64,000 nt of DNA from Neoechinorhynchus agilis (lineage: Eukaryota > Animalia > Acanthocephala), in assembly GCA_051530055.1 (NCBI GenBank), contig CM121341.1, forward strand, positions 7,108,784 through 7,172,783, in the 5' to 3' direction. Made by a program: the position numbers and the translations under genes. The notes under the pieces were generated by a model, which saw only the letters and a program-made list of their open reading frames with translations, had not been told where the DNA came from and did no database searches. Below, piece after piece: positions 11,404 through 24,606 of this stretch (the stretch's first letter is position 1; every line of letters starts with the position of its first letter).

Positions 11404-12781
11404 TTAGATATATCGATTTTCGACTTTTTTCGATACTCGAGACCTTGCTGTATTCGTCAAGATAGAATCGATCACAGACCCTTTATACTTCTTTAGCAGC
11501 AGTTTCTTCATATCCTTATCGCTCTTGTAATAAATCGAGCTTACGATAGCGCCCTGCAGTGAGGACAATAGAGTTTGAAATAAGGCGAGAGTGCAGAATA
11601 TTAGTGTTCCAGTGGATTGAACAGTGTATTCGATTTCATCGATAATATTGACTACGCCCAGAATAGGAATGAGTGAGATTGCGACCTTCACACATAATGA
11701 AATACATTTGAACGATCGATCGTTAGCTTGACTTTTCCGTTTCCGTCTACGTATTTGAGATCCTTTAAGCGAATAGTTCATAATTATTCGAACAGTGTTC
11801 ACTAGGAGAATAAGATTTATGAGAATTGCTGCAAGACGCGTTCCCCTCAACATCCAATAAATCGATAGGATGTTCGACGAAGCCCAGCATCGATTGTGGA
11901 AGCGTTTTATCATAAGAGCGGTCCATATTCCGGTGATTACGAGTGGAAGCAATCCTCCAAGTGTAACGTAGCTCATTTCCAAGATGCGATCAGCCACAGT
12001 GAGACCGTTTAAGATTATATTTAAATGAATACCTTCACAGAGCATTAGCATGAACGTGGTTGTGATGGAAAAGTTCTGGATGACAAGAATTAGTTCGCAT
12101 ATTCCGGAGATGTAATCGGGAGTTCGCATACCCGCCATTTTATTTTGTAGTGACAATTGAAGGATTCTATTTGAGGATCGACTTAGAGTTTGAAGGATAA
12201 GACAAAGTTCTATACAGATATGGATTCGATTTCGAATGCAGAATTCACGTTTGGACCGGATTAAGAGAGCGAGTGTTGCTGCTAGAAGTACAAGAGAGAT
12301 TATGTAACCGACGAGTTCAATAGGAATGAGAGCAGTTAGAAAATAGTGAACTTGGATCGCTATTCGAGTTGGAAGAGGCATATAGTACCGTCTATAGATC
12401 TCTCTAACGCCCGGATATACACAATTGAGGTAATCGGCAGCTGCCCAGACTCCATTTGAGTAAATGTTCTCATTAACTTTAATAAAGAACGAGAGAGATG
12501 AGGACATCTACGTGAATTTCACAATTCTTGGTAACTTGTTTCGAGGAATCAACACCGTATAAATGAGAAGGACATTGAGTACTAACACTGTGAGTTGCTT
12601 CTGTCTCGGGCCAGTTTATAAATCCATCAAACATTGCAGTACAACTAAGTGAAACGTTCATTGCTCGCTCACTCATAATCCGAAAATTATGCGCAAAAGT
12701 ACTATCTACTAAGCAGGAATGTAAGGAGAATGCGAAAAAAACACGATTCCAGTTATTCTCGCATTTTACAAGCTTCAACAA
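11404..12781 (-). CDS. Class B (secretin-family) GPCR, PDF/calcitonin-receptor-like; ECD exon plus 7TM exon; true start uncertain
   Basis: The ORF at 12479-12781 has the hormone-receptor domain CTAMFDGFINWP...CP....C. A probable 43-nt intron (12469-12511) joins it to GVW...DY.NC. The 7TM motifs are IELVGYIISL, RNRIH, CEGIHL, RCW, YWMLRG.RLAAILIN, LIPILGVVN and SLQG. Confidence 0.88.
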
Positions 12782-15700
12782 ACGCCGTTTGAAACTGAAA
12801 TGCGTTTAAACGTTCGTTAAAAAGTATGAATGTGTTTGTGTGCGACTGATAGGTTTCGGATCAGACAAATGCAATTTCTTAAAAGAAAGACAAAAAGTAA
12901 TGCTCATGTGATTCGCGATTATACGCTCATTGTCTTTTCGATTAAATCCTAACGTAAAACTAAATTGGCTTTATTGCAAAGGCTCTTAGTAAAAGATATC
13001 ATTGAAGATCACGTTGATAGTGTTTATTTAAGAAAAAGAGAAGGAATCGATTAAAACTTCGTAGTTTCCTTAAATCAAAAAAGGACTATGAACGATCCTT
13101 TCAAATAATTGGTTAATTCCTAAATAGAGAAAATGCCATTAGCTCTAAACTTACCTTATAATCACATGGAGACCGACGACTACACCAAACACACAACTCA
13201 AATGTTTTAGAAATCATCAAGCTTCCTTTTTAACCTGAAGGCAGTTCTCGATGTCTTGCACGTTTAAAAAGGATTTGTCGCATAAAAGGTCCTCAAAACA
13301 CTTAAACGATTTCTTCAAAACTTTTGCGGAGGCACTTAAAAATGTTGCAGAAAGCAAAATAGAGTAATCGGTTTAGTATTGCTGCTTGGAGGTAACAAAT
13401 CCGGTTAATTTTTCCTGAGATTTCCCACCGGCGCAATCAACCGAACTGGCTAAATCTGACTATGTTATACTAAGAAGACGATTAGCCAATTTTTACACTG
13501 AACGAAAACTTTTTTTGCACATCATAGATTGTTGAAATAATTAATACCTAAATGTTAGAGTTTAGGCTTTTAAAGGATCGTATTTTTAATAGATTCATGG
13601 GTTTAAAACAAATCCTACAAGTTTTGGGAACCGTCTTTGAAATATTACAATGTAACGCAGTTTCAAGCGAAATTTGAAGAAATGTCGCATTCACACTTCA
13701 GAGACGTTGAAATTAAAGGCTACATTTTTAGTCAATAAGGAATCTGTCATTTGAGATTGCCGTAGGAATAACGAGGTATGGACGTTATGAGTCAATGGAA
13801 ATATTATTCCGACATAGAGATAAAATAATATCTCGAAAATGCTTCAATTTTTCGGCTAAAATAAGAGCCAGAATAAAAAGGGTTCGCGTGGTTTATCGCA
13901 TCCGGATATTCAATACGGGGACTAAATAGATTCATCAAATCTAACCAAAATATTGTAGGTTATTGATATGAATTTTGTTATTTATTTTAAACTTCAGCCG
14001 TAGATGTTAATCTAGTCCTCAATGGGAGCTTGTTCAATGTCTTTCTCTAAGTTAGATTTAGCAATTTTATTTTGCATTGATAAATAATGTAGATTTTTTC
14101 AAAACTCTAAATCAATATAGCTTTCTAAAACAATTAAAATAAAAAAATCAAACGGTTTTCGTTGACTTTTTCTGCAAATAAATTTTGAAGACTTACAACC
14201 GTCTTAAAGCTTCTAATTATAACCTAAAGACCTTTTAATCAGCATCCACATCCTCTACAAAAAAAAGATTGTACCGCTTGATTATTTAACTACCATTTTT
14301 CGGCGTGCTTTTTCTACGCTTTGAAAAGAACTTCGATCAATGTTTGCAGATTAAAGAGGCAAACGGGCTCGTAAAGCAAAGATAATCTTTTAAAGCGATA
14401 GTTAATTTACGAGCAAAATAGATTTGATTTAACGATGTTTTAGAAAATTTAGTTTCTCGATGTTGCATGGATCTAAAAATGTGTAGAGAATCAAATTAGG
14501 TCTTTTAACTTTCGTTGCCCGGGTTTATTAAGAAATGAAAGTTTCACTTTTTCCTTTGTGATTTTCAGTGGACATTGATTCAAATGTTAACTGCGTTGCA
14601 GACGCTTGAAAGTTAAAAATGATAGTTGATTTTACAAAATGTAGGTTTCGCCCATATCTACGGTTCTCAATGACTTCTCAATGTTATAAAAGGCACTTTC
14701 TCGAGTCTTATCATTAACGACACCACTTTACAAGCAAACAAAACACACTTTTTAAGCAAGTAGTGGCAATTTTTTGTGCAATTGGTCCAGCACTTTAATC
14801 TACACAAGCCTTGGACTGTTTTTAAAAAAAGCTTCTAAACAATCAAACCAATGCTCCAGGCTTTTAGGTGATGCATAGAGACAAGGTTAACAAAATTACA
14901 AGCTAACCGAAATTTAATTCTGCATAAGTTCTCAAAAGGTATTTCGTACAACTCTAAAAATAACAAAACCTTAAGACCTCTTCAAAACGTGATAATTTGT
15001 TCGGAATTTTAATAATGTGATAAAATTTAGATATATATTCAATTGCAAGAAATGCGATTTCTTTTACGTTTTAATAAATACCCACCATTTTTAATGAATC
15101 TCAAACTTGATCAAATTTAAAATGATTTTTTTCGGTGTGAAATGAAGTGTCATTTGTTCTTGATTCGCAGAAGTCTTAGCTGTCGGAATATATTTCCGAA
15201 CTAAGTTTGAGATCAAAATAAGAACCCACTTTTCATTTCGCTTGAGTTTGCACAGGATCGATGTAGCGAGAGGTGCTGAAAATGTCAACGCAAAACACAA
15301 TTAAGAAAAACTATCCGTCTTAAAAGTAAAAGTTGTAGATTACTTTATTGCAAGCGACATTTGCAGTAATTCTATCTCTTGAAAATTGGCACACTGTTGC
15401 GTTGGTTTCCCAGAATACGGGCATTTTCGCTGCTCTTTTTTTGTAAGCAATTATGTTCCGCAAAATCTTCATTGGAAAGTTATAGCTTTGTCTAAAACGG
15501 GCACTCACTTTACAAATCTGGATCTAAAAATGTTAGGAAAGATCAAACTTGTTTAAAAATTAAAATATTGGCTTGCATTTTAGTTGTTTCTCCGGACGTA
15601 CTTCGACTATTTGAATAAACAAGCGAATTTTCATAGCTTTCTATTTTTTTATATGCTTTCTTTAGAGGCGATACTTTAATTGTATCCATCTGAAATTGGC

Positions 15701-17919
15701 ACATCTCCTCATCTATTACGTTCTTTGCTAAGTCTCAGCCTGATCTTAGCGCATTTATAATCCAGAGCTCACGAACCCTTAAATTGATTGCTTGAACAGA
15801 TAATCCCATTTTTCCAGTTTTTAAATGCCGATAAAATCACGCGAAATCACAGTTTCAAAACATCTACATAACTTTACACAATCAATCTGTCACCTTTGTT
15901 TGAGAATGTCCGCACCGTATGCTTTTAAATGATTAGTTCCATTCGGTAAGCAATGTTCAATTCAGAAGCACAGTGAGAGGACATTTCGTCCAGGAAAAAC
16001 TCAGTTCTGCTTTCCATTACGCTTTCGAACGGATCGTCCCTTTAAAATCGAGAAATATTGATTAATCTAACCGATATATTCAATGTCTCTATCACTGTCA
16101 ATTGGATTCAATCGCAAATTTGTCGATACTCTATCACCATCTTTTTTAATCGGCATCTTCATAAATCTCAGATCGTATTAAAACTCAAATAAATCCATGA
16201 GACTGATATGTTATTTTTTTTGAACTATTCCTATATACGAGCCAAAAAAGTGTCTTTGAACACAACCAAATTTTCATTATGGAACACATTTTCTGCGGAA
16301 ATGTTGTGTTTTAAAAAGCACCCACAAACAAGGAATTTGAATGGCAATCTCGAAGCTGTGGTTTTTTCAAAAAAAATCAACTTCCGACTTTGTCATTTTG
16401 CACAATGTTAATTGTTCTTAAATGCTGCCCATAAAAAATACATAAAAGCCAATGTTAAACGGCAACACAATTAAACTAAAGGATGAAAAGTAAGACACGT
16501 TGATTAAATAACGAGCATTTCAAACAATTCCATAGGAAAGGTTCATTTTCCTAAAAGCCATGACCTTGTGTCACCTGAGGACTCCATTAAAAAGACGTTT
16601 CCTCAGAAATGACTTTGAAAAGCCATGTAAATTTCTTAAAACATGTTCGATTGTCCAGCGTAGTTTTTTTAAAGATATTAAAAATAAGACTGGGATTAAA
16701 TAAGTCTTCATTGTGCGAAGGTTGTTCAACGATTATGTAAATAATCGCCGAATTTTCTAAATCTTATGATTTTAATATGAAAAATTCGGTATTTAAAGAC
16801 CACTCTTAAATATTGAAGACCCATTGTATAGTCTAAAACGTTGGAATCAAAAGACATTAATGTTACGCTTCACGTTGAAACTTGGGAAAAGATTCCTTTA
16901 AATTGTGGTGCTATAAAAGCAAACGGAAAAACTCACGTAGAGATGGTAGCTGGGTAGAATGTTCAAAGTCACTTTAGAGTCGATCGAAATAGTCAACTTT
17001 AATCGCTTGGTGTCAAAATGCTCTATTTTAGAAGAAAAAAAACGCGTAGTCAATCCAAGGACAAGTTAAGCCATTTCATTCGCCGCCATTAGACCATTAT
17101 GAACAATAGGATAATTTAATAAAAAGAATTGATTAAAATAGAGCTAATTTCCTTAATCAAGACCGTTCTGAAGATTAAAAAAAATAAATGTGAAAGCATG
17201 AAAAAATCCTATTGGCCTAAAAACCCTTCGAAAACGTATACCTTTTATCTAAAATCCTCCGCATCGATACATTGTTCCATATTGAGCGCATGTGAGTGGC
17301 GCAGATAGACGCCTCCGCCATAGATACTATGAGCTCATTGGCTTGAACAGTTCTTGAACTATGAGTACTGAAAGGATGAATAGCCTCTTAGGAAACAATA
17401 TCGTTAGTCGGCACATACACAAAGCTCTTTGTGTACCATCCTCAATGTCTTTAAGTTGGTCAATACTTTTGTCACTGATTCGGCGTGAACATTTTTTTGC
17501 GATGTGAAAAAGGTTGCTGAGGAGAACACATCGATTAAGGAAAACGAGGTATCATCTTTCCTCGTTCGACATTAAAGGATTCTATTTTTCTCACTCGAAG
17601 TGACTCAGTCTCAAAACGTTTCTCAACTTGTTCCTCCCTTCCCGTCTCCCCTTGCTCAAGGCAGCCAAAAAAGGGTGTGAATGTGGTTTTGCTTTTCAAA
17701 GGGAGAGAGAAACAGGTGGTGCCACTGCTTCCACATACAAAATCATTGGGTAGTGCGCTCAGAGGACTAAACTTCGGTCCTATGAAGGGGAAAAGACTTT
17801 TAAGTTGTTGCCTCCAGGGTCTCGAAAAATGTTTCCATCGCCTCACCCACCACCACCACCACCAAATACACAGGTCTTGTTACCAAGTTCATCCAATTGA
17901 GTTTGAAAACCGTTTATAG

Positions 17920-20900
17920 TTGTGAAAAAAGTCAGCGCTGCCGACGACGAAGGAGTACATCAAGCAAACTGCCTGAGGAACGCATGGAGCAGTACTATTC
18001 GCCCATAGTAAGTAAAAAAACCTATATATTCCATTCATTTACCTCAATGTAATTATAACGCCAAATTTTTACTCGTTCTCTTTAGCTTACCTCATGTATA
18101 AACGATTTAATTGGCGGAGCAACGCAATCGACAAATCTTTTTGTAAGTAGAATTTTTAATTTTTGAAAAAGAAATTTGCCTCAATGGTCAAATATGACAA
18201 TAAAAAAAAGATGGATCATCCACCCAGCGACAACAGCAATTTCATATTGGAAATCAACGATGATGAACAAATAGACGTTGCGATTGAACGCGATATCTTC
18301 AAAAATGATCCCAGTGTCCAGTACGAACGCAAATTTGCCAACTCAGTAAGTTCACAAAACGGAAAATCATTCCATGTGCAGTGTTTCTTAGGCGAATTCG
18401 TCCTAACCTTTTCAGAACAATTTTAAAACATGACTGGTGGCCTTTTTATCGCACGGCTGTTAATTTTAGAGCACACCGCCCACCGATCTGACTCAATGCA
18501 CTGAACCATCCGGTACGAGTTTGTTCATTCCTCCGGATTCTCAGATACCTCCTGGGGAAGCGGGACTCTCATTGGTGAGCTACCTCCTCCCTTCAACGAG
18601 GTATTTCGTCCTCATTGTTCTGCCTTTGGCGGTAACGGATTCGAACCATTTGACCCTTAACTGGGATCAAGGGCATTAGTCCACTTGACCACCTCGACAC
18701 AACTGCATAATGTACAAACTCAGCCAATTTTATATTTGTTAATTCAAGGCCATTGAATTTAGAATTTTTTTGTGAAGATTAACCAGTTGGGAAAAAGGCC
18801 ACACATTGATATAAGTTACCGGCTGGCCAATCTTCATAAAAAAATTACTGAAATACATTCTGACCGTTTCTTAAGGAATCATTAGACCTTTGTTTCTTTT
18901 TTCACCTCTTAGAAGGCTCATTCCTTTCGTGACTTCATTTCTAAAAACGGCATATTCTCGTTTGTTTATGGCTGAAAATTCGAACAAATTAAATTGGATT
19001 TTTCGAAGGCACAATCTTGTACGTTTTTATCAATTGAACGCAAAATATTCATCATTTACTTTTTTACAGCGAGAATTATCAAATAATTGATTTGATAATA
19101 TTCGGTCTTCGCGTTCTTCAGACCGGGCGTATTGACGCAAACGTTCGGATTTTTGTTCAAAATGATCTCGATTTTTTTCTAGTTGTTTCAGTATTATAGA
19201 ACTCTTTTTTTTTCGAGGTCATATAAAAATAATTAAAAAAAATACGAATTTATCGTCATTTTCTAAAGAACGCTACTTTTATCAATAAAGCAAATTTTAT
19301 AGAAATCGTATAAAAATTCTAATTTTTTAATAAATATTTCGTATATTCGTTCAGTATCACCACAACTGGTACGGGATTTACGAATCAAAGAAACCGTGTG
19401 TTTTGTCCTACAGGCGAAGTTCGGATAGTTCCATGGATGTCATTCTAAGGTACTTTTTAGCCTCATTCATTGCAAAAATTGTGTCCTTAGGACACAAGAA
19501 TGGACTCTGCATAGAATAGGCGTTCCTTACACGGAGACGACGGATGATCGAATTTTACCATTAAAACTATTGAGTTCAATGCTGGACATGGATGATTTAA
19601 CGCCGATCATTCGGCCATGTCTTAGTTCTTACGTGAGTGTCTTATGATCCGTTTTACATGATTAGAACCACTTTTAGTCTTTGAACAGAATAAGGTGTTA
19701 TGACGATCTTTTCACTGTTAATAATCTCAATTTTGGAATAGTGTATCAGAAACCAGGCCAAGTTACAGAGGAGGAAATGCTTTCGAATTGTGAAGAAACC
19801 GATACTTTGCATGAGTTTTTGACTCTTATTGGAAGACGGATACGTCTGAAAGGTTTCCGAGGGTAAGTTCGAACAAAATTAGATCAAAATGCAGTCTTAA
19901 AGTATAGTAGATTGCGAAATAAGGCCGTTTAATGATCGAGCATTTTTTGCTACGATATAACATTTTAGTTAGAAAAACGTTATAATAAAATTGAAAATAT
20001 AGTCTGTAAAGTTCATTCAACTGAACAAACCAACATATCGAACATTTCTATAGTTTGAATCTCAACTTTCTGCACAAACGCTGAAGGAAACAAATAAAAA
20101 TTGTTCAAATGGGAACAAACAGCTTTTAAGACTGCCAATCGATCCGCGATCGTCGCTGATAAATCTTTAAAAATAAGTAACATTCACTGTAAGACTTAAG
20201 GACAGATCGTCTCTTGCTTCCATTCGTTTAAAACATAAAAATATTGAACAGTTGTCCGCATTTTTAATTTTACGGAAGTTTTTAAATGGCGGAAAATTAA
20301 AGTAATTTATTTTTGTCTTCGCCATATAAAAAACATGAAAAATTCAATCGAAAGGGTAACGTAACATAGTTTCGAAGCGATTTTAAAAATCTTAAAAAAG
20401 AAGAGAAATTCGAATTTCCTGAATAATTTTCTCTTTCTAGGCATTCCGGTGGACTCGACGTGACTTCTAATTCCACAGGTTGTGAAAGCGTCTACGTTCA
20501 ATACAAACGAGTAGAAATTATGTTCCATGTATCAACAATGTTGCCATATTCATACAATGAACCCCAACAGATCCCAAGAAAACGATTCATCGGAAACGAT
20601 AACGTCTGCATCATCTTCCAAAAGTCTCCAACGCCTTTCCGACCTGATCAATTCAAATCAAAAGTCATGTCGTCATTTATAGTTGTAACTCCGATAACAC
20701 TTGCCAACGATAAACTTTACAAAGTGCAAGTTTATCTCAAGAACACCCTGACTTGCACTCACACGTTTCCCCGGATTCATAAATCTGGATTGTTCAAAAG
20801 GGATAAGAAATTCAGTGAGTGGATCATACAGAAACTTATTTCATTACAAGTTATGGCATATACGGGAGCTGAGCTTTCTCCGTTAGTCAAGAAGATGCGA

Positions 20901-21304
20901 TCGGTCCAATTGGCAAATCTTGTGGATGATTTGGAGGCGATGGATTTTCCCTACCTCAATTATTTACATTCACAAATGTTGCTTCCTCCACATGAACATG
21001 ACACTTCCAGTGAGTACGGCGAAGAAGATGCACCACTCTTTGAGAATGGTTCAATGAATCTATGCAACGATAAGTAAGTTGGGTTCTTTTAAAAATAGAT
21101 TTAAAAAAAAAGACCTTTTAGCGTTCAAATTAATGGAGAATTCGATTTGCACGAATCTCGGTTGGAGACACTTAGAAACTCTGTCACAGTAAGTGTTCTT
21201 TTTTCTAACAGAAAACAATAATCCACACTTTAAGGATGGCGGCAGTCTATACTGACAGTGTAATGGATTTAAACACTAAATTTCGAGGCATTTCTTTTGA
21301 TTAA
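17920..21304 (+). CDS. RAP1GAP: Rap1 GTPase-activating protein, multi-exon; 5' end not resolved
   Basis: Frame-consistent exons: ...-18007, 18086-18142, 18172-18345, 19355-19449, 19491-19632, 19678-19862, 20441-21073, 21122-21188 and 21212-21304. They encode NFGIVYQKPGQVTEEEM, FLTLIGRRIRLKGF.G..GGLD, EIMFHVSTMLPY and the Asn-thumb RKRFIGND. Donors are mostly GTAAGT/GTGAGT. Confidence 0.9.
18470..18700 (-). mobile_element. tRNA-derived SINE-like element inside a Rap1GAP intron
   Basis: The minus strand begins GTCGAGG TGGTCAAGTGG (A box, 18681-18691) ... GGTTCGAATCC (B box, 18637-18647) at tRNA-like spacing. A GC-rich body of about 160 nt follows and is shared with the copy at about 38300. Confidence 0.7.
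19060..19125. mobile_element. MITE terminal-repeat copy (family of 48640-48830)
   Basis: TTTTTACAGCGAGAATTATCAAATAATTGATTTGATAATATTCGGTCTTCGCG closely matches the left arm at 48640-48700. Confidence 0.6.
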
Positions 21305-21415
21305 ATTATAGAGTACTTTTTTTAACACACACACACAAAAACGACGAACTGATTGTGGTTATGATAAAACGATCAAAAACCATTGAATATGCGTTTAGTA
21401 GAGTTGATAGTATTT

Positions 21416-21700
21416 TTAAGGCTGATTTATTAGAGAAATATATGTTGCGCAGAACTTTATAGCGAATCCAATGAGAAAACCGGTATAAGAAGGAATCGGC
21501 CAATGTTTCCACCAACATGGTTCCCAATCGAGTGCCATCGCCAATGAGCACAAAAGCGCACTCACTAATACAATGTTCATTTCTCGCAATTCAACTACGA
21601 TCTCATTCATCGACGATTATAGGTCAAAATGTATCAAGCAATAAAAAGAAAACCCAAGAGTCGCGCTGAGGAAAACGAAAATTCTCTTGCAATTCTAGAC
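21416..21700 (-). pseudogene. PIGF: PIG-F/Gpi11-like C-terminal membrane region with an in-frame stop (possible pseudogene)
   Basis: SALLCSLAMALDWEPCWWKHWPIPSYTGFLIG resembles the PIG-F signature LDW.R.WQ.WPIP...G...G. The same frame continues upstream as RIFVFLSATLGFSFYCLIHFDL but is cut by TAA at 21617-21619. Confidence 0.6.
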
Positions 21701-22338
21701 ACTAAATTCTGTAATAAAGAAATTTGTTAATACTTTTGAAGAAGGTTTTCTGTATGGATTATTATCCAAGGCTTGAATTTTTTATATATGGCGAAGGTTG
21801 TAAATTAATTTGCTACAAAATTATGCCGCTATATCGAATTCAATAAATATATCTTGCCATTTCGACCATTACACCACGATGGCAGCTAAGTATTTGAACT
21901 AAAAGTACTAAATTTCCGCCATGAATTCTCTCCTTTCTTCTTGTTATTCAGAACGTTTTGTTTGCAACAAACATAAAAGTCTAAACGAACTTTTAAATTC
22001 GAGTTTGGCGATGTTTTTCTCCTGGATTGTTGTTGCTCATGATCATTTATTCAAAAAATTTCGTAAGCTTTTTGCTTACCTCTTCAGTAATATTGTTTTC
22101 GAAGAAAAATTCGAGTAATCGTCAAACTCGAATAAAATTCACTCCGACGACAATCCTCTATGAACTTTTAAATGTTTAGTTCATCAATTTCTTTGTCGAT
22201 AATAAACGCAAATACGAAATAATACTTTTAAAGTTACTCAAACACCTACTGAAATTTTTCACAAATGAATTTCCTGAGGTAGATCGCGTAAAAGACGAAA
22301 ATATTTCGACCGATTAAATCGATAACTGTCAATTGTCT

Positions 22339-24606
22339 AAGATTTAAAATGTTCAACTATTCTTAAAAAAACCTTTATGATTTCAGGATGAGTGAACGCG
22401 ATCCTTTAATGCATTTTGACCATTCGGATAAATGGCTACAAAAATTCCTCGGTTATTTTTTAATAAGCATTTATTTTAAAAGGTAAAAAATAACCGAATT
22501 CCACCCAAGATTTAAAATGTTCAACTATTCTTAAAAAAACCTTTATGATTTCAGGATGAGTGAACGCGATCCTTTAATGCATTTTGACCATTCGGATAAA
22601 TGGCTACAAAAATTCAAAGGTTATTTTTTAATAAGCATTTATTTTAAAAAGTAAAAAATAACCGAATTCCACCCAAGATTTAAAATGTTCAACTATTCTT
22701 AAAAAAACCTTTATGATTTCAGGATGAGTGAACGCGATCCTTTAATGCATTTTGACCATTCGGATAAATGGCTACAAAAATTCAAAGGTTATTTTTTAAT
22801 AAGCATTTATTTTAAAAAGTAAAAAATAACCGAATTCCACCCAAGATTTAAAATGTTCAACTATTCTTAAAAAAACCTTTATGATTTCAGGATGAGTGAA
22901 CGCGATCCTTTAATGCATTTTGACCATTCGGATAAATGGCTACAAAAATTCAAAGGTTATTTTTTAATAAGCATTTATTTTAAAAAGTAAAAAATAACCG
23001 AATTCCACCCAAGATTTAAAATGTTCAACTATTCTTAAAAAAACCTTTATGATTTCAGGATGAGTGAACGCGATCCTTTAATGCATTTTGACCATTCGGA
23101 TAAATGGCTACAAAAATTCAAAGGTTATTTTTTAATAAGCATTTATTTTAAAAAGTAAAAAATAACCGAATTCCACCTAAGATTTAAAATGTTCAACTAT
23201 TCTTAAAAAAACCTTTATGATTTCAGGATGAGTGAACGCGATCCTTTAATGCATTTTGACCATTCGGATAAATGGCTACAAAAATTCCTCGGTTATTTTT
23301 TAATAAGCATTTATTTTAAGAAGTAAAAAATAACCGAATTCCACCTAAGATTTAAAATGTTCAACTATTCTTAAAAAAACCTTTATGATTTCAGGATGAG
23401 TGAACGCGATCCTTTAATGCATTTTGACCATTCGGATAAATGGCTACAAAAATTCAAAGGTTATTTTTTAATAAGCATTTATTTTAAAAAGTAAAAAATA
23501 ACCGAATTCCACCTAAGATTTAAAATGTTCAACTATTCTTAAAAAAACCTTTATGATTTCAGGATGAGTGAACGCGATCCTTTAATGCATTTTGACCATT
23601 CGGATAAATGGCTACAAAAATTCAAAGGTTATTTTTTAATAAGCATTTATTTTAAGAAGTAAAAAATAACCGAATTCCACCTAAGATTTAAAATGTTCAA
23701 CTATTCTTAAAAAACCTTTATGATTTCAGGATGAGTGAACGCGATCCTTTAATGCATTTTGACCATTCGGATAAATGGCTACAAAAATTCAAAGGTTATT
23801 TTTTAATAAGCATTTATTTTAAAAAGTAAAAAATAACCGAATTCCACCCAAGATTTAAAATGTTCAACTATTCTTAAAAAAACCTTTATGATTTCAGGAT
23901 GAGTGAACGCGATCCTTTAATGCATTTTGACCATTCGGATAATGGCTACAAAAATTCTAGGTTATTTTTTAATAAGCATTTATTTTAAAAGTAAAAAATA
24001 ACCGAATTCCACCTAAGATTTAAAATGTTCAACTATTCTTAAAAAAACCTTTATGATTTCAGGATGAGTGAACGCGATCCTTTAATGCATTTTGACCATT
24101 CGGATAAATGGCTACAAATTCGGTTATTTTTTAATAAGCATTTATTTAAAAAGTAAAAAATAACCGAATTCCACCAAGATTTAAAATGTTCAACTATTCT
24201 TAAAAAAACCTTTATGATTTCAGGATGAGTGAACGCGATCCTTTAATGCTTTTGACCATTCGGATAAATGGCTACAAAAATTCGGTTATTTTTTAATAAG
24301 CATTTATTTTAAAAGTAAAAAATAACCGAATTCCACCCAAGATTTAAAATGTTCAACTATTCTTAAAAAAACCTTTATGATTTCAGGATGAGTGAACGCG
24401 ATCCTTTAATGCATTTTGACCATTCGGATAAATGGCTACAAAAATTCAAAGGTTATTTTTTAATAAGCATTTATTTTAAGAAGTAAAAAATAACCGAATT
24501 CCACCTAAGATTTAAAATATTCAACTATTCTTAAAAAAACCTTTATGATTTCAGGATGAGTGAACGCGATCCTTTAATGCATTTTGACCATTCGGATAAA
24601 TGGCTA
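22339..24606. repeat. Highly homogeneous tandem array, 168-bp unit x about 13.5
   Basis: AAGATTTAAAATGTTCAAC recurs at 22339, 22507, 22675 and onward at 168-bp spacing. Each unit contains the inverted repeat (C)GGTTATTTTTT...AAAAAATAACCG. Confidence 0.98.

Noticed and set aside
17535-17919. His5/Pro-rich short ORFs upstream of Rap1GAP
   Set aside because: A CAC/CCA microsatellite read in different frames. It may be part of a 5' exon, but no consistent splice model was found.
18625-18700. Functional tRNA gene
   Set aside because: A and B boxes are present, but I could not form convincing acceptor and anticodon stems, and it continues into a repeated body; treated as a SINE head.
23930-24340. 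Units with scattered 1-3 nt deletions mid-array (also 51510-51790)
   Set aside because: Deletions cluster in homopolymers, typical of long-read consensus error, so they are not interpreted biologically.
22339-24606. Regular repeats as a possible CRISPR array
   Set aside because: Whole units repeat with no unique spacers, there are no cas genes, and the context is eukaryotic.
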